A stretch of 64,000 nt of DNA from NCBI GenBank assembly GCA_030265395.1, contig JARFYF010000029.1, positions 23,476,959 through 23,540,958 on the forward strand, written 5' to 3'. The DNA is from Rhina ancylostomus. Taxonomy: Eukaryota. Shown here in pieces: positions 51,532 to 64,000 of the stretch (position 1 is its first letter; each line of letters starts with the position of its first letter). A program made the translations under genes and the position numbers. The notes beneath the pieces are model-generated. The model worked only from the letters and a program-made list of their open reading frames with translations. It searched no databases and had not been told where the DNA came from.

Positions 51532-52019
51532 CTGTAGCAAGAACAGACTAACTGTCTCCACTCCTGCATTCCTCCCAAGTGAACAACATTGGTCTCTGCT
51601 ACAATTGTCAATATGGGGGGTCCTGAATAATTTCAATCCTTATTATTCACTGTCATGGGACAAATTTGTTTTATTTGTTTTCCAGTGGGTACCCAAAAGT
51701 CTCTGAATTCTTTCTTTGGGGTCTAGGAGATGGCTTACACTGTCCTCCCTCGCTCTATTTATCATTCTGTTTACTTTCCTACAGAACCTCTACAGCTGAA
51801 TACTAATTAACTAAAAGCCAGTGATGCACATGTTTTCACTGTCTTTATTCATGAAAAAATTAACCCACTATACTTGTCATCCTTATATCTTTACTACTTA
51901 TCCCCCTTTCTTTACTACCCACCCTCTACAGACCTCCACTGCTCTTTACTGTCTTGCAATCACTGCACCATGCCTTATGCTCACATACTGAGCAATTTCC
52001 ACCTTCACTACCCACAACT

Positions 52020-55000
52020 CACATTTCATATAGAGAGTCAGCTCTGCTACCATATCAGCCACTCCCTTATTATCTACCCTATTTGTGCCTCTTATAATTT
52101 TATATATCTCTGCAGATGACCCCTCAGCCTCCTTCGCTCTAGGGTAAACAAGCCCAGCATACTCAATCCCTCCTCATAACTAAAATCTTCCAATCCAGGA
52201 AACATCCTTGTGAAACTCCTCCACACCTACTCCAGCACAATCACATCCTTCATGAAGTGTCTGGAGAACTGCACATAATACTCTGAGTGCAGCCTAACCA
52301 GTGTTTTGCAAAGTTGCAACATGATGTCGCAGCTTTTATAATTCTATACTTTGACCTATGAAGGCAAGTATGCCATATGCCTTCTTCATCGCCCTATCAA
52401 CTATGTTACCACTTTGAGGGAACTATGAACTTGAACCCCAAGATTTATCAACATTCCTTAGTACCTATCATTCATTATACATGTTCTACCCTTACTAAAC
52501 TTCCCAAAATACATTACCTAGAATTTGTCAAGATTAAATTCCATCTGCCAATGCCTTGCCCAACTTTCCACCTGATCTATGTCCTACTGTAGTTTTAGCC
52601 AGCCTTCTTCACTATCCACAATGCCACCAGCTTTCCTGTCATCTGCAAACTTACAAATCATATTCTTACATTCACATCCAAGTCATTAATACATATCATA
52701 AGCAACAAGGGTCCCACATCAGTCCCTGCAGTACACCACTGGTCAGAGATTTCCAATAAGAAAAGCATATTTCTACCACTATCCTGGCCTCCAATCACCA
52801 AGCTAATTTTGGTCCAATTAACCAGCTCTCCTTGGATCCTATATGCTTTAACCTTCTGGATTTGTCTAGCATGTGGAACCTTGTAAAATGCCTTACTAAA
52901 GTCCATATAGACAACAGCTTCCACCCTGCCTTCACCAATCTCCTTTGTTAGCTCCTCAAAAATCTTAATCAAAGTATTGATATAGGATTTCCCCTGAACC
53001 AAGGCATGCTGACTATTCTGATCAGCCTCTGCCTTTCCAAACGGATACAAATTCCATCCTTTGGGATTTTCTCCAACTATTTCCCTAGCACTGCCATAAG
53101 GCTCACCGTTCTGTAGTTCTCTGGCTTATCCCTGCTGCCCTTTTTAAATAAAGGAAAACTATCAGCTATCATCCAGTCATCTCCATCAGGGCCCCAGCAA
53201 TCTCCTCCTTTGGTTCCCCATAGCAACCTGAGATGGATCTGGGATTTATCAGTCTTTGTACATCCCATGACATCTAACACCTCCTCCAACTTAATACTGA
53301 CCTACTCCAGATTAATCACGCACCCCTCCCTGAACTCACTATCCTACACACATCCTTCTCCTTGGTGAATACAGATGAGAAATATTCATTTAGAACCTAG
53401 TCTACACCACTTGGCTCCACACACAGATTATCCCTTTGGTCCCTAGAGGACTCACTCTTTCCCTGGCTACCCTCCTGCTCTCGATATACTTATTGAATAT
53501 CAAGGAACTCTCCTTAATCTTACCTGCCAAAAATACTACATGACCACTTTTTGCCCTCCTGATTTCTTTCTTAAGTTCTCTCCTACTCATACTATATTCC
53601 TCAAGAGAGTCCTTCAATTTCAGTTGCCGATACCTACCATATGTTTTTTATCCTGAACAAGCCTTCAAACATCCAAGGTTCCCTAATCTTACCATCTTTG
53701 CTTTTCACCCTTACCAGAACATGCTGGTCCTGAACATTCACCAACTGTCTTTTAAAAGAATCCCATTTGTCAGCTGTTGTTTTACCTGCAAACATCTTCT
53801 CCCAATCTACTTTCACCAGGTCCTCCTTTATGCTATTAAAATCAACCTTTCCCCAATTCAAGACATTACTTGAGGACCAACCTTATCCCTTTCCATAACT
53901 GTTTTGAAACTTAGAGGATTATATTCACTATTTCCAATATGTTCCCCCTGATACTTCCACCATCAGTTTCATTTCCTAAGGTAAGGCCTAGCACTGCCCC
54001 ATCTCTAGTAGGACTCTCTATACATTGTCTCAAAAAACTTCATTGGATGGACTTTAGAAATTCCACCTCATCTATTTCCCTTGTACTAAGGCAATCCCAG
54101 TTAACACTGGGAAAGTTAGAATTCTCCACGACTATAACTTTATTGCTCTTACACCTTTCTGTTATTTGCATACATAGCTTTACCTCTGATTCCAGCTGAC
54201 TTTTGGGACTTCTACAGTAAAACCAAAGCATAGTGATTTTCCCTCTCTTTTTCCAAAGTTCTACCCATATGGTCGCATTGGACGATCCCTCCAGAATGTC
54301 CTCTCTGAAGTACTGACATTATGTTCTCTCCAATCAGTAATCCAATCCCCTTCCTCTTTTGCATTCCCCTCTGCTGTGCCTGAACCTTGCATACCCATGA
54401 ACATTAAGCTACCCGTCCTGCTCTTCTCTGTTTTCATGATAGCAATAATGTTGAAATTCCAAGTGCTGATCCATGTGTTAAGATCACCTGACTTACCTGT
54501 GAGTCTCCTTGCATTAAAGTAGATGCTGATGAACCTGCCAGCCCTCCCCTACAACCCACCTCTGCCTGTTCTGCCTACTGGACTTGCTTGATCTATCACC
54601 TACATTTTTCCCCCCATTGGTTCAACTGCTACTATGCTTCCCGTCCCCTGCCAAAATAGTTTAAATCTTCCCAAGTAGCGTGAGTAAATCTCCCTGCAAG
54701 AATATTGGTCTCCTTCCAGTTTAGGTGCAACTCATCCTTGTTGAATAGGTCCAACCTATTCCAGAAGTGAACCCAACGATCCAAGTCTGCAAAGCTGTCC
54801 TTCCTACGTCAGCTTCATCCATCCTATTCCCCCTATTTCTTTCTCACTAGCACATGCCACAAGGAGTTATCTTGAGATTATGACCATAGAAGTCCTGCTT
54901 TTTAGCCTTCTGCCTAAAATCACTTTGCAGGGTCTCATCGATTTTTCTACCTGCATCAACAGTACCAATGTTCTGTACTCACTATGAGATATCTCTGACC

Positions 55001-55520
55001 CTGGCATTGATATGGAAGGCAACATACCATTCTGGAGTCTTTCTCTCAGCCTCAGAAGCACCTGCCTGTTCCCCTCACAAGCGAATCCACCCCTACCCCT
55101 TCAACAGTTGCTCACCTAGATATTTCCTCCTCTGCTATACATCAGAGCCAAGTGTGCTGCTGCTTTCCTCCGATAGGCCAACCCTCCCCCCAACCAATAG
55201 TATTCAAAAGGGTATACCTGTTTGAGAGAGGAATGGTCACAGGGGCTTCCTGCATTTATTGCCCTTCCTGGTGGTCACCCATCTCCTTCCTTGTAACTTG
55301 CTAAGCGTATTATCTACAACATCTGTGAGCGAGCCCAACCATAGCTCCAACTGTTCTATGCAGTCTGACAACAGGAGCTGCAGCTGAACGCACTTCCTGT
55401 AAGTGTAGTCACCAGGTTTATTGGGAATGTCCCTGATCTCACACATACTACAGGAGAAGCATACCACTGCCCGAACATCCATCTCCTTTATCCCTAGTTC
55501 CTTCAACTGAGATAGGGAAA
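52020..55520 (-). mobile_element. Near full-length degraded CR1 LINE (ORF1 Zn-finger/zipper and SGNH esterase; ORF2 APE and RT)
   Basis: ORF1 MDVRAVVCFSCSMCEIRD...YTYRKCVQLQLL and LDRWVHFWNRLDLFNKDELHLNWKETNILAGRF; ORF2 NFPSVNWD, PLFKKGSRDKPENYRTVSL, VYMDFSKAFYKVPH, GPLLLMICINDLD. Confidence 0.92.
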
Positions 55521-56652
55521 AAAAAACCTTACTTTCTTCATGCTCACAAAGCCCACTTTAAGTCTCAAGAATTACATACAAAGGATAAAGCAACCAGCTG
55601 AGTAACCTGGTCTCAGAACGCCATCGGCACTTTTTCACAGTCATTGGTAGGAAAAGGTCTCTGGTCCATCTCACACAATATTTTGATCTTTTCAGTATAT
55701 ATCACCACCTCACACTAAACCTTGTGATCTTCTGGGAAAGATAATGAGTGAGATACAATTCCAGGCCAATTTGGGGGGAAGAAATCTGCATCTCCTGCTG
55801 CCTCTAGGACTAAAATCAGTCCAGGAAATCACACCATTCCTGCTTCTTGCAGTGCCTATGATTTGAACAGAGTGACCTTTGCTCTGGTCAGAAATACGTC
55901 CAACTCTTCCTTGAAGGAATCATTGAATTGGTGCACAAGCCAGAAAAATCTGTTGAACAGCCTATTCTGCATAGTGATCAGAGATCAGTGATAGAAGTAG
56001 CCATGAATATATAAAAATACAACATATCGCTAGAACTGTACATTCTTCTGGATGGATGGGCTGAATGGGCTTAATCATCTATATCTGTCCTGTGACAGCA
56101 GAATTGGATATGTGTTTGCTCCTAAAATAACTGATTTATGGTCCTGACCTATAAAAGATAATAAATAGCTTCTAGTGAACTGCAACATCATAATTCAATC
56201 AAACTGCACTGATAACATTATATCCATGAGAGAAAAGCTTGTATCATTTCTGAATGTCAGTATAGCCCCTGAGGTTGCGTTTACTTCTGCCTATTATTGT
56301 GGGATGTAGTGTATANNNTGTGCTGTATCATAAATCAATTAGTCCAATCTAACTGATGAATGAATTACCTTTGCCTCATCCCTAAATGTGCTTTTTTCAA
56401 ATCCACATAAAGCCAACAGTGCACTGAACATAAAAATTTCTGAGAAAAGTGATAGGTGACAATAATACTCATCACCCACTGGGCTGCAAAATGGAAAATC
56501 CCAACCTATTCATCGCTCTCAACGTGTGAAGGCCATTGAAAATATTCAGAGTGTACAATTTATATGTATAACACTGCTTATTTTTCAATGCTGCACATAA
56601 GTGGATTACAATGATTTGTGGATCAACTCAGGGCACTCTAGAAATTCAATAC

Positions 56653-56794
56653 CAGTCACAAATTGTGTTTGCGCGAATGGAAACATTTCCACACCAGGCA
56701 CACGTGCAAAAGTGTTCTTCCTCATGCACCGCCTTGTTCAAGTGCTTCCCAGCAAATGAAATCATGCTGTTCGGAAGCCAATTTGCTATACACT
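56653..56794 (-). pseudogene. Candidate exon (142 nt, open, phase 1 to 2)
   Basis: ctgctctgttcccag|...TG|gtattg; CIANWLPNSMISFAGKHLNKAVHEEEHFCTCAWCGNVSIRANTICD; phase matches the exon starting at 51531. Confidence 0.4.
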
Positions 56795-59700
56795 CTGGGA
56801 ACAGAGCAGGTTCTATCCCACCCCTGGGACCCACACCTAGCTCCTTCCCTTTTCAGTCCTGCACCAATGGTACTGACTCTCCATCATCCTCTGATGTCAG
56901 TTTTGATCTCACTTGGTCCTATTTCCTTTACCATCTCCATTCTAGGCCCCACTCTTTGTGCAATCCAAGAAGCCCTGATGACCCTCTGAGTCCCAGTTCT
57001 ACCCCTGAATATTGCCCCTCCTTCCCAGCACCCTACAGACTCGGCACAGTCTCAGTGCGGAAGAGGTGTGCATAAAGCCATGTGGCGGTGCTCAAAATCT
57101 TGAGCATTGAGCACTGCTGAACTTCTTTGCATGTTGGCCATTAAGCCAGAGGCCACAGACATCAAGGCAAGAGGGAGGTCTTAACCCTGCTTTATGTTAA
57201 TCTTCACCTCAGAATTTAAATATGTAAAAATTCCATTGCTGTTTTTTGTAAAAGGGCAGTGGTACAATTCCTGCTACCCTTCTAAAAGAGTCATTTAAAA
57301 GCAGCCATTCTGGTGATTGTCATATTGGTACTTGTGGGAGCTGCCATGTGTAGCTGACCACCACATTTCTTGCACCACTAGAGCAACAGCACTTCAAGAA
57401 CTATTTCATTGGCTATAATGTGTTATGGGTCATCCTGGAAAGGATATAAAAGGCACCATTAAATTGCAAATCTTTCATCTCTTTCTCTAAGTATTCAAGT
57501 CATGTGCCATTATACCAATTTTACATATTTACATGATGCATATTGACAACTTGCATTGTCAAGGGAGAAATGAATAGCACAGACACAATCTGGCCCCCAG
57601 TGATTAGCAATATGTATTAATGAGCATCCTGTTATATGCATCCCTTGTACCCAGCAATGGCATGAGAAATGAACTGTCAGAAATGAAGTCTAGTTCCTTC
57701 GGAAAATTTGTCTTTTAAACTATCCTAGATGTTTATTGGTGCTGTGATTATTTTTTTGCATTTGTCCTTGTGCATTATCCAATGTGACTTTAGTGGATTG
57801 ATATTACAAAATGCAGACATAACTTTGATATTTAGCAATGGATTGTCAGATGTATCATTTGTGAAATGAAGCATTAGACTTGAAAGGCACTCTCTAAATT
57901 GCATTGAAAGCAATATTTCTTTTTCAAGTAAATCTTTCAATTGTTAAACTGCTGAGGCCCTATCAGAGCTATAATGTATCTGTGAAATGTTAATTCATTA
58001 GAATGTAAAATCTTTCAAGCAAGCACCACTCTCAAAAGTGGCATCCATGCTATCGTTCAGAAATAATTAAGAGCGATAATTATGTGAGTTGTGCATTTAT
58101 TTAATTAGCTACAGGAAGTAATATCCTGCCATTTCACACAGATGCCTTCATCTGAATTGCTAAAATAATTAATTACCAAAATGAAAAATAAGAACAGGAA
58201 GAATTAAAGCAGCAGATCACACGTTCTTATCAGGCTGATGCTGTAAGGTTTTTTTTAAGAGAAGTTAACTTAAGGTACAAAGCATTAATACAAAGACTGG
58301 CATGCTGCTAAAGATTTGTGTCTGAGTCTAAATATCTCACTGCAGAATAGTCTTAGAAACATAATATATAGAGTTGGCACAATGGGGCACATATTTATGT
58401 CTGAAAGCTGCTACTTACCTGGCCCTATGGTGCACTGTGTGAGCTAGCACAGCGCTGATGCAATGTTCTGTGTGGTTCCTGGCTCCCAGCACTTCACCCT
58501 GGCCCAGCACAGCTCATGAGTTGTCTCAGTATAAGGGGCTAGCTGTACTCACAGAATGGCTTTGACAGCTGGTGAGGCCTTGTCACTCAGGGATGAGGGG
58601 TGGGGGCAAAGCTACCATGTGATTGGGGCCATTAATGCTTGCAAGTATCTTTGACATTCACCAACTTTCAAAAACACTCAGGACACCTAAAATGTTTAAA
58701 AATTTAAATAAATTATTTCTTTTACTTTTTATAAAGGAAATCTACACATTAATAATCAATCACAATCAATGAAACTCACATGAATAAATAATAATAAAAA
58801 ATGGAACTACATACCTTTCTCCTAGAGATCAATGTTGCCTATTCTTTTCCATGAGGATTGTGTTCCTGCTTGTTGCCAAATTTAAGCTGGCACAAGCCTG
58901 AGGGGACAGATTTCCCAGTCTGAGAGCTGGGAAGTGTGGTAGACTGAGCTGACTGTTGGATTTCATGGGGAGTAGAACAGAGCAGAACAGGATCAGCCTC
59001 TGCTAGCAGGGACTTGGCCCATGCAGGTCCCAGCACCAGCAATGACATTGTTCCATTGTACCAGATTGGGGATTTAATCTTCCTTCTGTTTTTCACTGGG
59101 AAAAGAAGACACATTGATATCATTAGCCTAGCAGCACTCTGCTCAGATAAAATGGCCTAGACTTATGATGTGAGAATGTCCATTTTACAGGAATACTCAT
59201 GAAATTGAGCTAGGCTTATCTATAAGCATTATGACCCATGTCTGAGAAGAGCATTTCCATGAACAAATAGAAGGCATGATATCCAACATTATATTGTTGG
59301 TGGTGGCTCTTTAGTTTTCACCATAACAAAGTCTAACCAGCAGCCATTAAAGAGAACTGCAGAGGCCATGATCAGAAAGGTAAGATTTTGATTTATTTTT
59401 AATGTGAGATCCTCTTCCTTGATCTACAACAGAACCAAGGATATTGGATGCACCTCTTGAACCCCCTCTACACCCACTTGCCCCGCTCAAAATCATATTT
59501 AGTGAAGCAGTCGGCTCGATTTTAAACCTGCTTTGAATATAGCAAGCTGAGACAGCAGAGCAGGCCACGGTTCATCTGACTGGACCTGACAACTCAGTGA
59601 TGTCCAGAACTCAATGGATCAATTCTGTTGTTGTGGGTCCAGAGACGGAAGCACCAAATCCAGGCCAACATTGCAGTGCAGTCCTGAAGTGCTGTTGCAT

Positions 59701-60339
59701 CAGCAGTGCTACTTTTGGCTGAGGTGCAAGCATTCTGTAAACAAAGCACTTCCTTTCATGACCTAACCTGGCTGACAGGGTGAGTGCAGTTACACATTCA
59801 CATAGAGCATGGCACGATGATCCTGCTGCTGAATCATCTCCCACCACACTCCTTTATTGCAGCAGCACTTTTCTTCCTCCTGTTACTGGTTTCCTCACTG
59901 CACCAGAAAATGCAGTTGACCTGAATCTACGCAGAAAGTTCTTCCCTTCTTTGTGTAACTCCTTCAAATTCTACTTTCGGAATGTCCGTTCCCGGACTAC
60001 ATTTGAGATTGTGTTAAGCAGCTTCTCGTTGAGACTGCAGTCACATACCCAGTGGCAGTTCTGGCAGTTATTATATAACTAGGGGGCTGCATTAAAACCA
60101 CAGATAAGTTCTCACTTGAAATTGCATTTTACTAACCTCCAACTTGGAATGAGCTTGATTTGGGTGATTACTTACACTGGGATGGTGAGCCGATCATAAG
60201 AAGGTGTGTATTTTGAATTTGTACTGGAAGTACAGGGGTGATTAATACAAAATTGAAAGGATACCAGAAGTAATCATTGAGGTGTACTTACCACAACATA
60301 TAACAGCAAAAAGGGGAAGTGGACAAGCAACCTGTACTA

Positions 60340-60478
60340 CATCATTGCATTCTGTACTAACTCAATGTAACTACACTGTGTAATGAATTGACCTGTATGA
60401 TTGGTTTGTAAGACAAGCTTTTCTCTATACCTTGGTACAGGTGACAATAATAAACCAATAACAATACCAATACCAACA
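60340..60478 (+). mobile_element. Short LINE 3' end with a (CCAATA)n tail
   Basis: gtaagacaagcttttctctataccttggtacaggtgacaataataaaccaataacaataccaatacc; same family as 42680-42790. Confidence 0.65.
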
Positions 60479-60621
60479 TTAAAGGATACACACGTTGAGT
60501 CATAGAATATTAAAGTACAAAAACAGCAAGATGGCCCAACAAAATGTTCTCTGCTTGAGCCTTCAGGGGAGCTCTTCACCTTCATAGCCTAAACAATAAT
60601 CTTGTAGAATGGATTCCTCAC

Positions 60622-60721
60622 CATTGTAGAACTTCAGAATTCAATACCCTGGCAATCCACACTATCAGATTATCACTCAAGCATTTCACTGCATTTAGTC
60701 AAATTTCACTCTCTTGCTTAT
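60622..60721 (-). pseudogene. Candidate exon (100 nt, one TGA)
   Basis: catgtag|AT...TG|gtgagg; KQESEI*LNAVKCLSDNLIVWIARVLNSEVLQ; the acceptor is weak. Confidence 0.4.
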
Positions 60722-61880
60722 CTACATGCCATTTAACATGTATTTTAATGTCTCAAGTCCCTTCTACCATCCATTGAGATGATTGATTCATAGTCAGGAA
60801 TTATATAGGTTGTGGTGCTGAGCAGAGTTTGTAAAGGAATAAATTTAACATACTTTTAATACAGAAGCCCTATTATGATCCTCACAAAGTTATTTTCACT
60901 TACAATAGATTTCCATTAAGATGTCTTAATGAGATAGCAATCTCCCAAGAGATTTTCATAGCTTTTGAGAGTTTCCAGGTTTTTGTATGATTTACTCAGT
61001 GAATTGTCTGTGATATTTTAACCTCAATCGTGTTGGTGTGTGTCTACCACTGTTTTCTGTGTGCTTCACATAGTCCAGAGCAAATCTTATTCCCATTGCT
61101 TGATGCCTTACCCAGTTCTGCATGTGATATGTCTATTTCTTTATGCTGAACCCTGTTAACTTGGTTACATTGGTTTTCTCATGGGTCACATCAGGGGACT
61201 TCCTCATAACCCATTTAGTTCATTGCATAATGCATCCATTTCTATGAACTTGAGTAATTCACTGTGTGTTCTTTGTGCTCCTATGTGCCTCACTCAGCTG
61301 GAGATGTGGTACATCCTTTTCCCCATGCTTCATTGTCTGTGTATGCTTCGCTTGCACCAAGCCCCAGTGTTGAAATCCAGGCCAAGTTCTCAAATTGATG
61401 CTGGCAGATTGAATGAATTTATCTGGATTTAGTAACTGAATGTGCACAGGCACACTGAACAGAGCAATTCCATCTATACTACTTAGCTGCCCAAAAATCA
61501 GTATTAAAGCCATTTTCTTTGATGTGTCTACCATCAGCGTGTGTGCCAAGTCTGTAGGTTTTTTCTCACTAATCTTTTTTCTCAGTTTAACTGTGGGGAC
61601 TCATCTATGAGTTTATTATCCCATCAAATTCTGCTTAGTTTGCTTAAAAAAACTATTATTTAGTGCCACCCTGCGACATTTACAAAATTCTATGAAAATG
61701 ATTAAACGTTCAGACTGTTTCATTATATTTCAAACTGCGAATGCAATTAATACATTCATGCTTGCACCTCACAAAATAACAGCAAGGATTGTTGTAAAAT
61801 GATGGAGGAAACTACTTAAACTCTTCAGGGAAAAGAAAGATGTTGCTGATATGTTCATTAATTTTCCTTTCTTTCTTTAC

Positions 61881-62046
61881 TTTCCACTAAGCTGGAAGTG
61901 TCCTTGCTTGGCTTTGCTTGCTCCTGGCAATATTGACTTGGTAACCATGATCCCTCTGTGAGCATTGTCATTGACAGTAATTAGCCTGTTCAACTGTAGG
62001 AGAATCAAGTCCACAGTTGATAACCATGCAAGCACACTTCTAGCAG
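61881..62046 (-). pseudogene. Candidate exon (166 nt, open, phase 1 to 2)
   Basis: Strong acceptor ttctcttttctatctcctgacag|, donor |gtaaag; ARSVLAWLSTVDLILLQLNRLITVNDNAHRGIMVTKSILPGASKAKQGHFQLSG. Confidence 0.55.
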
Positions 62047-63539
62047 CTGTCAGGAGATAGAAAAGAGAACTCAACAGTGTAAGGAAGGCATTGAAAATGA
62101 TACTCATGCTTTCTAAAAACCTCACTCATATGCTGGAAATTCTAAGAGAGTCTGGAAAATGCAACAAAATTGGAATTCTGGGTGATTGTAGAACTTTGCC
62201 TTGTTGATAAATTTACAATCTGGAAGGAGACTCATGGCAAGGCTATTAATTATATCTTTAGAGATGCTCAATATGCTTCACAGACAAGGAACTGCCTTGA
62301 AATCAATTTTAAGACTGATAACTCACGACACATACATATTTTAGACAATCATAAAGCATGGAAAGGGCGAGAGGGGAAATGACATCCCTTTGTTTTCTTT
62401 GTCCTAAACACACCCCTTCCTCCTATTATCTCCACAAATTCACCCCTACACCTCACATCAAACTTTTCTTGACCAAACTCCACCCAACTTTGATTTCACA
62501 GGCCCCTTTCCCTGATCTACTCCCCTTCTTTGGGGTCTGCTCCCACCCCCATAGGTCTAATGACCTGAATTTCCTTCCAACATTCCTCTCACTATCCCCA
62601 TCCTGGTCTTGAATAACCACATCCCCAACCTCTGCAATCTTTTCCCTCCTCGCTTGATCTTTCTCTCTGTTGATCACCTTTTTCCACCCCTAATCAGCTT
62701 TCTCATTGTGTGGTAGAACATCAGAGCCTAGAGGCATGGCTAAAACTTGGCTGAGCCACCTGTGATGCTGCTTTAATGTGCAATTTTACATGCATTAGAA
62801 TTTCTAGTCCACTTCTACCCTAAACACGATGTGTATACATGATAGACCCCTCTTTGCTATTGAATGTTCCCAGCTCCCAACAATGGACAGGGATTCAGGC
62901 CAAGCAGTACACAGTTCCAGCAGTGTTGCAAGTTCCCAGTCACATGCCAGCTCTACTTGTTCACTTAAAGGTGGGGAAAGCAAGGAAGGCCAAGCCTAAT
63001 TGGATCCATTGACAGGGCAAATTTCTCTTTCCCTCCATCTTGTCACCTCAGTCCTCTTCCCACAAGCTTCGTCTTTCCTTTCTCTCTTGTGCTTCCTTTG
63101 TCATCTTCTCTCTATTTTCTTCATTCCCATCTCTTTGTGAACCAAGTTAACAGCTGTGAGCATTTCAGAAATTATTTATTATCAAAATGAATTAAATGGA
63201 TCATCAACACAGTTAAGTAATTGCATAGAGTTTACAGTGTGGATTTGTACCAAAAGGTATTACATTTTCAGACCAAATGCAATAGTCATGTCAGATGCCT
63301 GAGATTTGATTGGTTGGTTACATCATCTTTCGAGTTTCTGCATTACATTTTAGTTTTTCCTATTACCTGAAGTCTGTGATGTTTTTCTTATTGTTATTTT
63401 CCACATCTTCATAATCACAGTTCTAAGCCTGTCTCAGAAAAAGCATCATACTCAAAACGAGAAAGCAAAGCTTGCTTCTTAGTGACTCATCTCCCGTGAA
63501 TCCAACTGACACTGCATCAGGAGCACTGCAGTGCCTTAC

Positions 63540-63778
63540 ATTTCATAGCACACAGCCATTTTATTTGAGCCTATATCCAACATGGAATCTAAATCAACAG
63601 AACATATTCCGCACTCCAAGTGAGACTGTTCCCTTCATGGAACCTGGACAAGACAGTCCTCTTCCCAGCCTTTAACCCAGACATACAACAGCTGCAGTGA
63701 TGATAGATTTACAAGGTCTGGTAGTGAAAGGTATACATTTAATTCTGGAGATGAGTCTCCTTGAGAAACCCTGGACAA
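63540..63778 (-). pseudogene. Candidate exon (239 nt, one TGA); alternative donor at 63367
   Basis: gtattttacag|TTG...GAA AT|gtaagg; LSRVSQGDSSPELNVYLSLPDLVNLSSLQLLYVWVKGWEEDCLVQVP*REQSHLECGICSVDLDSMLDIGSNKMAVCYE. Confidence 0.55.
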
Positions 63779-64000
63779 CTGTAAAATACCCTAGTTGTGC
63801 ATGCAGGTATTTACGGATATATTTTAATCTCGTATGATTAAAGCCTTTGTCTTCCTCTTACCCTTCATAATTTGTAAGTTATACTGTAGCTAGAAATAAT
63901 GCATTGATTAAAAGTTGGTCATTCCCAGGATGCATTAAAGGATACAGTTTAACTTTACCTTATGCTGTTGCTTAGGTGTTTACTAATGCTATAGAATATA

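Larger units (their letters stand above)
7360..63778 (-). pseudogene. Large multi-exon gene relic of unidentified family (candidate unitary pseudogene); probably extends beyond the right edge of the window
   Basis: More than 20 minus-strand segments bounded by pyrimidine-tract/AG acceptors and GT donors. Many adjacent pairs are phase-compatible and translate to protein-like sequence. Several carry in-frame stops or apparent frameshifts. No family was recognised. Confidence 0.7.

Noticed and set aside
7972-63778. Selenoprotein, readthrough or alternative genetic code as the explanation for the many in-frame TGA codons
   Set aside because: TAA and TAG stops, apparent frameshifts and a probable TE insertion also occur, and I recognised no SECIS; CpG decay is the simpler explanation.
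1-64000. Prokaryote-type systems (CRISPR arrays, operons, defence islands), rRNA or true tRNA genes
   Set aside because: No regular repeat-spacer arrays, long ORFs or cloverleaf structures were seen; tRNA-like boxes occur only as SINE heads.

Overview
A vertebrate nuclear scaffold: AT-rich, CpG-depleted, with about a dozen N-gaps. The repeats (CR1 LINEs, V-SINE/HE1-type SINEs, Penelope elements with hammerhead-bearing termini, Harbinger remnants) suggest a cartilaginous fish; this is inference. No intact protein-coding gene is visible, and most ORF-track calls are noise, gap artefacts or TE fragments. Reading the minus strand by hand gives more than 20 exon-like segments with AG/GT boundaries between about 7.4 and 63.8 kb. 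Many have mutually compatible phases and translate into protein-like sequence, some fully open and others with nonsense codons (mostly TGA). A 3 kb low-complexity coding-like region with a TE insertion is part of the chain. The best reading is a large multi-exon gene relic (candidate unitary pseudogene) whose family I cannot name. Other notable items are a palindromic Penelope-terminus insertion with a 16-bp target-site duplication (TSD), minimal hammerhead ribozyme (HHR) motifs, a Harbinger>CR1>Penelope nest and a near full-length CR1. Exon coordinates were counted by hand; repeat boundaries are approximate.
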